DNA of 14,040 nucleotides from a virus: UHGV virus genome UHGV-1300783; one strand, 5' to 3'. Shown piece by piece: positions 7,407 to 14,040 of this stretch (position 1 is its first letter; each line of letters starts with the position of its first letter). The notes under the pieces were generated by a model. It saw only the letters and a program-made list of their open reading frames with translations, ran no database searches and was not told where the DNA came from. The position numbers and the translations under genes were made by a program.

Positions 7407-10308
7407 TGCCTGTTGTTCCTACTACATCCGGACGCCAGGTGCAAAGTCGTGGTGTGCAAACCGGTGGTTTTCAGACCTTCGATGTTCCTCAAGCAGGTCA
7501 GGTGCTGGCGAATGTCGCAGATCAGTATGCGGTGGCATATGGTGAAGCCAGGCAGAAAGCGAATGTTGCTATGGCCCAGGAGGCGTTACTGCAATTTAAC
7601 CAATTTGCAGATGACCAGATTAACAACCCTGAAAATGGGCTGATTTCTAAACAGGGTAAAAACGCTCTTGGTCAGAGTGACGCTGTTATGAAAAATATGC
7701 AGGAAAGGGCTCAGGCATTATTAGGCTCAATCCCTGAAAGTGAGGAAAGGAATAAATTATCCTTTCAACTCCAGCAGTCTATGCAGTCTTATTACAATCA
7801 GGCACGTCGATATGAAGTTGGGCAGTTTCAGCAATTCCAAGATCAAACGTATTTGTCAGGAAATGCATTGGCTGTCACTCAGTCTGCGGGGCTATATAGC
7901 GATAACCAAGCATTTGTCGATTTAGCCAAGCAGCGATTTGAATCTATTGATCAATACGCTGATGCGCATGGGCTTCCTGATGAGTGGCGTGTTCAGCAGA
8001 AAACTCAGCTCAAGGAACAAATGGGGCAGCAAGCATGGATAGGAAATATCGCTCAAAAATACAACGAGTTTCTTCAGGTTAATGGAGAGCCAGGGGATCT
8101 TGGTGGTGTGAGTCGTGCAATATCACATGGTAATTCATTGGATGCTCGTGGTTTACGTAATAATAACCCTGGTAATATTGAAGCGAGCAAATCTAACCCG
8201 TGGGAAGGTCAGATCGGTAGCGATGGACGTTTTGCAACGTTTGCTACCCCTGAGCATGGAATCCGCGCGTTGGGTAAAAATATGTTGTCTTACCAGCGTC
8301 AAGGCTATGACACCGTTAGCGAGATTGTTAATCGCTATGCTCCGGCTAGTGATGGTAATAATACTGATGCTTATATTAGGGCATTGTGTGGTGAGCTTGG
8401 TGTTGGGGAGAATGATCAGCTTGATATCTCTAACCCAAAGACACTAGCTGCTTTATGTGCTGGGATTATTAAACACGAAAATGGCAGTATGCCTTATAGC
8501 ACCGAACAGCTTGAAACTGGTATCTCGGCAGCCCTTGGTCTAACTAACCTTGATTCACCTAAGCGTTATACGGGCAATGCGGCATTTGATGCTATGAGCC
8601 CTCAAATGCAAATACAGGCATTGAGGCAGGCTAATGAGCTGAGAAATCAGTACCGCCAGCAGTATGCGGACCAGCTTAGCACCGTAGTTAAAGATGCATA
8701 TTCAGCCCTTGATGAAGGATTGAAACCTGAGAAGTTACCTTCTGAGGACGATTTTATCCGGGCCAATGGTCCGCGCATTGGCGCTATGAAGTGGAAGGAT
8801 ATGCAGGCGCAGATACAATATGGAGGTGTCATTGGTGCCGCTAAAGACCTCACTCCAGAAGGACGACAAGACATTCTTGAACGTTTACGTCCACAGGATC
8901 CAAACGCTCCTGGATTTGCTGCTAACCAGCAACGCTGGGAGAAAATGCAGGCCAAATTTAAAGAGATGGATAGGGAGTGGGAGATTCAGCAGGGAAGAAA
9001 CAGGTTCGTGTCTTCAATGCAAAATAACTTCCCGCTGGACCCGAACGACAAAAACAATCAGGCAGCGGTAGACCGTTATTTCGCGCAGGATATCGCGCCT
9101 TCGTTTTCCATATCTGATCCGCAGAGCATCAATACACTGGTCACCGTCACAACTAAAAGCGGCATGATACCAACTCAGGTTAAAACAATGCTTAACAGTG
9201 GAGCAACATCAAGAGATCCTGCGCTGGTTGTCCCGATGGCAAAATTCTACGGTCAGTTATTCGATAATAATCCGGNNNNNNNNNNNNNNNNNNNNNNNNN
9301 NNNNNNNNNNNNNNNNNNNNNNNNNNNNNNNNNNNNNNNNNNNNNNNNNNNNNNNNNNNNNNNNNNNNNNNNNNNGCGCTGGTTGTCCCGATGGCAAAAT
9401 TCTACGGTCAGTTATTCGATAATAATCCGGCGGCAGCGGCAACACTTGATAAAAGTACGATGGCATTTTACGGCAAGGTTTACGATTATTCCCGCGCTGG
9501 CGTGCCGGAGGATAAGGCTGTTGATATGGCTTACAGCCAGGTGTTCCAACAGGATGACCGAATGAAACAGATGCTTTCCACTGCCATGCGAGACAAAAAA
9601 TATGTCGCGGCGAGGGCAACTGCTGCACAAAATAACGCCAGCAGTCTGACTTCCTTTGGTTCGTGGTCTCCGGATATTACCGATCCAGGAAAATCAAATG
9701 CGGCCTATCAGCGAGATTACCAGACAATTTACGATGCTAACTTTGTACAGACAGGTGGCGATGCAGAACAGGCTGAGAAAATGACCAATGCCATGATCAG
9801 AACCACCTGGGGAGTTTCTACGGTTAATGGCAAAGCAGAGGTTATGAAGTATGCACCTGAGGCATTGTACGGAGTAAATAATGGTGCTGGTAACTGGATA
9901 CAGGGGCAGTGGGAGCAGGAAAAACGCGAGCTTAAATCAAAATCCTTTGGCGGTCCTCGCAGTGATACGGACTTAATACTTGTTTCTGATGGCCTTACGG
10001 CAAGGGATAGGAGTTATGCTGTTATGGTTTTACAGCCTGACGCAAACGGAGCGATAGAACCGAGAAATTATATTGGAGAAAATGGTCTCCCTGTTCGTTT
10101 CAAGCCGGATCAACTGACATCTCCAATGTACAGGCAAACCATTCAGTTACAGCAACAGCGTGTTGATGAGGCTAGAGTGCGGAGAGAAGGCAATCCGCTG
10201 CCGCAGTTCAGCAATAAAGATGGATATACTCCTCCAGATCTGACCAAACCATTCGGTTATGGTTCAGCCAATTACCTTCCGAGCAATATATACGCAGGGG
10301 GCAAATAA
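7406..10308 (+). CDS. internal virion protein C-like (T7 gp15-like), single gene interrupted by an assembly gap; about 915 aa after collapsing the gap
   Basis: Track ORFs 7406..9565 and 9391..10308 are the same gene. Removing the 100 Ns plus one copy of the 55-bp duplication (155 nt) puts the second ORF exactly in the first ORF's frame, and the peptide VVPMAKFYGQLFDNNP precedes the Ns while MAKFYGQLFDNNP starts the second ORF. AGGAGG at 7394-7399 precedes the start. The track translation beyond the Ns up to 9565 is a frame artefact. Confidence 0.6.
9221..9275. repeat. 55-bp direct duplication, copy 1 (flanks assembly gap)
   Basis: Exact match to 9376-9430 (gcgctggttgtcccgatggcaaaattctacggtcagttattcgataataatccgg). 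Confidence 0.9.
9276..9375. other. assembly gap (100 N)
   Basis: Run of exactly 100 N; conventional unknown-size scaffold gap. Confidence 0.95.
9376..9430. repeat. 55-bp direct duplication, copy 2 (flanks assembly gap)
   Basis: Exact match to 9221-9275; consistent with un-merged overlapping contig ends. Confidence 0.9.
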
Positions 10309-13300
10309 TGCCGATATATGAACAGAATCCTAAAGAGTTGCTTGGCGAGGATATTCAGCAAATAGCAGCACCTGATGACAGTAATTTCTATATGGAAACA
10401 CCTTCTTTGCTTTCTGCTGTGAACCCATTTACCAGTGATCAACGCGTTCAAAGGTCTAGACAAGCAGCATTTCGTATAGATAACACGCTGGGTAGCTTTA
10501 TTGCCAGTGCTCCTTTCAGTCAGTTTGACAGGGTTGAAGGATATAACCCATTTGATAACGATGCAGCAGATATTAAAGGCTATGAAGATTTTGCAGATTC
10601 GTTTATCAACTCCGGTTCGCATGAAGAAACAATGGCAATTAAACATCGAATCGATAAGCAAAGAACAGATAGAGAATATCTATCTGAAATGGGTGGTGCT
10701 GGTACTATTTCAAGCTTAGCAATGGGAATGATAGACCCGGTTAATGTGGCTGCAATGTTCATCCCTGTAGGGGCGGTAGCGCGTGGAGGAAGTATTGCTG
10801 AGACGGCAGGGCGTTTTGCCCTAGCGAATGCTGCTGGTGGGGGAGTATCAGAAGCCGCATTACAGGCCACTCAGGAAGCTCGCTCACCGATGGAGAGCGT
10901 ATCGAACGTTGTTGTTGATGCTCTCGTTGGTGGGATCCTTGGTGCTGGTGCACAGCTACTTGCTGGACCTAGCGCGCGCGAGGCAGTGGTTAACTCAGTA
11001 GGTAATCATTTGCGAGGTATGGATTCTCCTCAAAGCATTGGTGCAGCTCAGGTTTTCAATACCACACTCGATCAGGAACAGCTCGCTGGACTTGGACTTG
11101 CTAACAAAACGTTGAGTGTCACTCCTGCTGGCCGCTTGGCTCAATCACCATCTCTTGTCTCCCGTCAGATTAACCAGCAGCTTGCCGAAAATAACTATTT
11201 CTTCGCCAAAAATGATGAGGGGTTGGCTACGTTTACGGCAGTCGAGACTAAGATTAAGCAATACGACGCCATGCTTTATAAGCAGATGGAAGCCACTCGT
11301 GATGCTTACCAGCAGTACAGCAAATCTGTTAGCGCCCGCGGCGTGAAGAGGATGAGCTTTATTGATTTCAATGAAGCTGTTGGCATGGCTATGCGCCGTG
11401 GTGATCAGAGTGATATTCCTGAGGTTTCACAAGCAGCCGCCAGAATCCGCCCCATTTTCGAGACCACAAAAGCCCGTATGCAGGAACTGGGGATCCTTCC
11501 TGAGGATATCGATGTCGTGACGGCGAAAAGTTATCTTCCCCGCATTTATAAGTTCGATAAGATACTTTCCGACCGCACTGAATTCAGAGGGCGAATTGCC
11601 AACTGGATACAAGGGATTAGTGCCAAAGGTGCTGACAAAGCAGGTCAGCGAATTGAAAGGATAAATTCATTGCTAAAAACTGCAGAGGAATCGGCACCGC
11701 GCGCTGATGCTCTCGCTAGTGAAATCGCTGAAGCGGAGAAATGGTCTGGTAAAAAAATTCTACTTATGGAAGAACTGGATAAACGAAATAAGCTTATATC
11801 TCAGGAGACTGACACACAGGCGCGTCTTACAAGAATAGAAAAAGAGTTGGCCGAGACTTCATCAGAAAAACTTCAGGCAAGAATGATGAAAGAAAGCTCT
11901 GACCTTAAAACACGCCTTGATGATATAGCGCAGGCAAAGAGTGAGCTTCCTGTCTATCAGCGCCATATGGAGTTGCTGGATAATCCACGGAAATATCGTT
12001 CTGAGCTTCGCCGACTGCAAAAACGGGCAAATTCAACCACAAGGCTGAATGCAAGCCGCGAACGAGCACTGAAGCAGATGGAGCCTCTATCCCGAGAGGA
12101 AGCAGAGGACGCTGCTGACGAGATCGTGAATAAAATAATAGGCGCACCTTCCGGGCTTGTACCAGCCGATATTATCCCAGAGAGACTCGTTGGTCGGGCT
12201 GGTTTCACTAAAAGCAGAACGCTGCTTATTCCTGATGAGCGTATAGAAGATTTTCTTGAATCAGATGTTAACTACATCATGGAAAGTTATCTCCGGCAGG
12301 TGGCACCAGAAATTGAGCTGACTGCGCAGTTTGGCCGTAAAGATATGGGGGAGCAAATCCGTCAGGTTAGTGAGGAATATACCCGGCTAATAAAAGAGGC
12401 TAAAACACCTAAACGACGTGCAGTTCTTGAGAAGCAACGGGAGGCTGATATTAGGGATATTACGGCTATGCGTGATCGACTGCTTGGTACTTACGGTGCA
12501 CCTCAAGATCCACGCAGTTTCTTTGTTCGTGCCGGGCGAGTTGCTAGGAATATTAACTTCCTCCGTTTGCTTGGTGGAATGACTGTCTCCGCTGCAACTG
12601 ATCTGATGCGACCGATGATGCAGCATGGCCTGAGAAAATCTCTCGGACCAATGGTAAGCATGCTTAAAAATATGGACTCAGTGAAAATTGCAACCAGGGA
12701 TTTGCGAGAAATGGCCGTTGGGCTTGATTATGTCCTGTCTACGCGTACAAAGGCTATAGCGGATCTTACTGACCCCTATAGCCGGAGAAGCGCCGCTGAG
12801 CGAGGTCTGAACTGGATGACGCAGAAATTCGGTAACTGGACGCTGATGAATCAGTGGAACAGCGCACTTAAATCATGGTCCGGGATGATAGTGCAGTCGA
12901 GGATACTTGACGCGGCTCGCCAAGTTTCTGCTGGTGGCACGCTCTCCAAAAGTGAAATGCGGAAGATGGCACAGGTCGGCATCAATGAAGATGTTCTGCG
13001 CCGAATCGGGGAGCAATTCGGGAAGCACGGAGAGGATATGGACGGGCTGTTAACCGGGCATAGTCATCTGTGGGATGACCGTTTCGCTAGAGAGATTTTC
13101 CAGTCTGCAGTGCTGAAAGATGTAGACTCAGTGATTGTAACGCCTGGCGTAGGTGATACACCGCTGTTTTTTAGTAAAGAAGGCTGGAAGATGATCACGC
13201 AGTTCAAAACGTTTATCTTCGCACAGCATAACAGGGTGCTAGTATCTGGTATCCAGCAGGGCGATGCTGCATTCTATCTTGGTGCGCTTGGCACGATTGC

Positions 13301-13697
13301 GCTTGGCTCAATGGTCTATATGATGAAACAGAAGTTAAGCGGTCGCGATATCGACTACAGCTGGAATAACCTTGTGAAAGAGGGGATCGACCGGGGCGGA
13401 ATGCTTGGCTGGCTCTCTGAGCCGCTGAATACCGTTGAGAACATAAGCGGCGGTAGGTTTGGTCTTGGCGCGATGTTTGGTGCGCCTCCGGTATCAAGGT
13501 TTCAGAGTCGTAATGCTATTGGTGCTTTACTTGGTCCTACCTTTGATCTTGGCGGTGATGCCGCGACGGTTGCGAATGGTGTACTTAACGGAGAATTTGA
13601 CAGCCAGCAAACCCACGCGGTCCGTAAAATGCTACCTTTTCAGAACCTGTGGGCGATATCACCGTTACTAAATAAAGTTGAAGAGCAGATGAAATAG
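10308..13697 (+). CDS. internal virion protein D-like (T7 gp16-like ejection/core protein)
   Basis: 1129-aa ORF coupled to the upstream gene (TAATG). Last and largest gene of the core module. Has Gly/Ala-rich hydrophobic stretches near the N-terminus, a long charged helical (coiled-coil-like) middle region, and a hydrophobic segment near the C-terminus (AAFYLGALGTIALGSMVYMM), consistent with envelope-spanning ejection proteins. Confidence 0.6.
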   Translation: MPIYEQNPKELLGEDIQQIAAPDDSNFYMETPSLLSAVNPFTSDQRVQRSRQAAFRIDNTLGSFIASAPFSQFDRVEGYNPFDNDAADIKGYEDFADSFINSGSHEETMAIKHRIDKQRTDREYLSEMGGAGTISSLAMGMIDPVNVAAMFIPVGAVARGGSIAETAGRFALANAAGGGVSEAALQATQEARSPMESVSNVVVDALVGGILGAGAQLLAGPSAREAVVNSVGNHLRGMDSPQSIGAAQVFNTTLDQEQLAGLGLANKTLSVTPAGRLAQSPSLVSRQINQQLAENNYFFAKNDEGLATFTAVETKIKQYDAMLYKQMEATRDAYQQYSKSVSARGVKRMSFIDFNEAVGMAMRRGDQSDIPEVSQAAARIRPIFETTKARMQELGILPEDIDVVTAKSYLPRIYKFDKILSDRTEFRGRIANWIQGISAKGADKAGQRIERINSLLKTAEESAPRADALASEIAEAEKWSGKKILLMEELDKRNKLISQETDTQARLTRIEKELAETSSEKLQARMMKESSDLKTRLDDIAQAKSELPVYQRHMELLDNPRKYRSELRRLQKRANSTTRLNASRERALKQMEPLSREEAEDAADEIVNKIIGAPSGLVPADIIPERLVGRAGFTKSRTLLIPDERIEDFLESDVNYIMESYLRQVAPEIELTAQFGRKDMGEQIRQVSEEYTRLIKEAKTPKRRAVLEKQREADIRDITAMRDRLLGTYGAPQDPRSFFVRAGRVARNINFLRLLGGMTVSAATDLMRPMMQHGLRKSLGPMVSMLKNMDSVKIATRDLREMAVGLDYVLSTRTKAIADLTDPYSRRSAAERGLNWMTQKFGNWTLMNQWNSALKSWSGMIVQSRILDAARQVSAGGTLSKSEMRKMAQVGINEDVLRRIGEQFGKHGEDMDGLLTGHSHLWDDRFAREIFQSAVLKDVDSVIVTPGVGDTPLFFSKEGWKMITQFKTFIFAQHNRVLVSGIQQGDAAFYLGALGTIALGSMVYMMKQKLSGRDIDYSWNNLVKEGIDRGGMLGWLSEPLNTVENISGGRFGLGAMFGAPPVSRFQSRNAIGALLGPTFDLGGDAATVANGVLNGEFDSQQTHAVRKMLPFQNLWAISPLLNKVEEQMK

Positions 13698-14040
13698 CTA
13701 TTCACAATTAGTGATGGCGTATGTATCAAATATATTGCCATCACTAAATACATACCTATACTCAATCTCTCCGCCAAGGTGAATAAATGCTTTCATTTGC
13801 CTGTTGGAGCAAATGCTCGATTTTGAATAATTTCGCATTACACTCTTTAATTTATTTTCTAAGGTTACATCACCATTATAAACTTTTGATAAATAGCTGT
13901 TGTTGTAATTAAGATGCGCTACAACTAAGAGTTTGTTTAGTATTGCATTTATTGAAACAATAGACATATTATCATTCAATTTTATGGGAAGTGACTTTCC
14001 TGCTTCTGATGCAATTTTGTTTGCATGTGCACACATATCC
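13698..14040 (-). CDS. hypothetical protein, partial (5' end beyond window), AT-rich convergent ORF
   Basis: Minus-strand ORF open to the window edge; its stop (13698-13700) directly abuts the gp16-like stop (13695-13697). Markedly more AT-rich than the upstream operon, and the protein is N/S/Y/K/I-rich. Could partly be a composition artefact. Confidence 0.35.
   Translation of the reverse strand, partial: DMCAHANKIASEAGKSLPIKLNDNMSIVSINAILNKLLVVAHLNYNNSYLSKVYNGDVTLENKLKSVMRNYSKSSICSNRQMKAFIHLGGEIEYRYVFSDGNIFDTYAITNCE
13708..13747. repeat. 11-bp perfect inverted repeat (TTAGTGATGGC ... GCCATCACTAA) with 18-nt AT-rich spacer
   Basis: Read directly: 13708-13718 and 13737-13747 are reverse complements. 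Sits 11 nt after the gp16-like stop, inside the 3' end of the minus-strand ORF. No clear U-tract on either strand. Confidence 0.8.

Noticed and set aside
9276-9565. Continuation of the 719-aa track ORF through the N-run into a new frame (to 9565), and overlapping minus-strand ORFs 9257..9628 and 9412..9630
   Set aside because: Artefacts of translating through the 100-N gap and the duplicated 55 bp. The real reading frame resumes at 9376 and continues to 10308.
1-14040. T7-type phage RNA polymerase promoters (consensus TAATACGACTCACTATAGG-like)
   Set aside because: Searched by eye for CACTATA-type cores in the intergenic regions and did not find a convincing match. Promoters of a divergent phage polymerase or host sigma-70 promoters cannot be excluded, but none is claimed.
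1-14040. CRISPR arrays, tRNA/rRNA genes, integrase or transposase, toxin-antitoxin pairs
   Set aside because: No short regularly spaced direct repeats, no tRNA-like cloverleaf candidates, and no ORFs with recombinase-like features were evident. The window is essentially a structural-gene operon plus a short AT-rich tail.

Overview
The window is a single, co-directional (+ strand) phage or prophage virion morphogenesis operon of roughly 13.7 kb, followed by an abrupt AT-rich boundary carrying a convergent minus-strand ORF. By gene order, protein sizes and some recognisable N-terminal features it matches the T7-supergroup podovirus layout: 3' end of an upstream gene (probably portal), a small ORF, an acidic scaffolding-like protein, a 330-aa major capsid protein, three small ORFs, tail tubular proteins A-like and B-like, and four internal virion (core/ejection) proteins A-D-like. 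No rRNA, tRNA, CRISPR array, integrase or transposase was seen. The internal virion protein C-like gene is split by a 100-N assembly gap flanked by an exact 55-bp duplication, so it is one gene, not two. The most interesting observations are: a small protein that shares the scaffold's C-terminal peptide motif at protein but not nucleotide level; a three-gene insertion between capsid and tail tube bracketed by two perfect hairpins; and the AT-rich convergent ORF with an 11-bp inverted repeat where a tail fibre gene would be expected. All functional calls are from synteny, size and composition read by eye; no searches were run, and I did not find a clearly novel system beyond these points.
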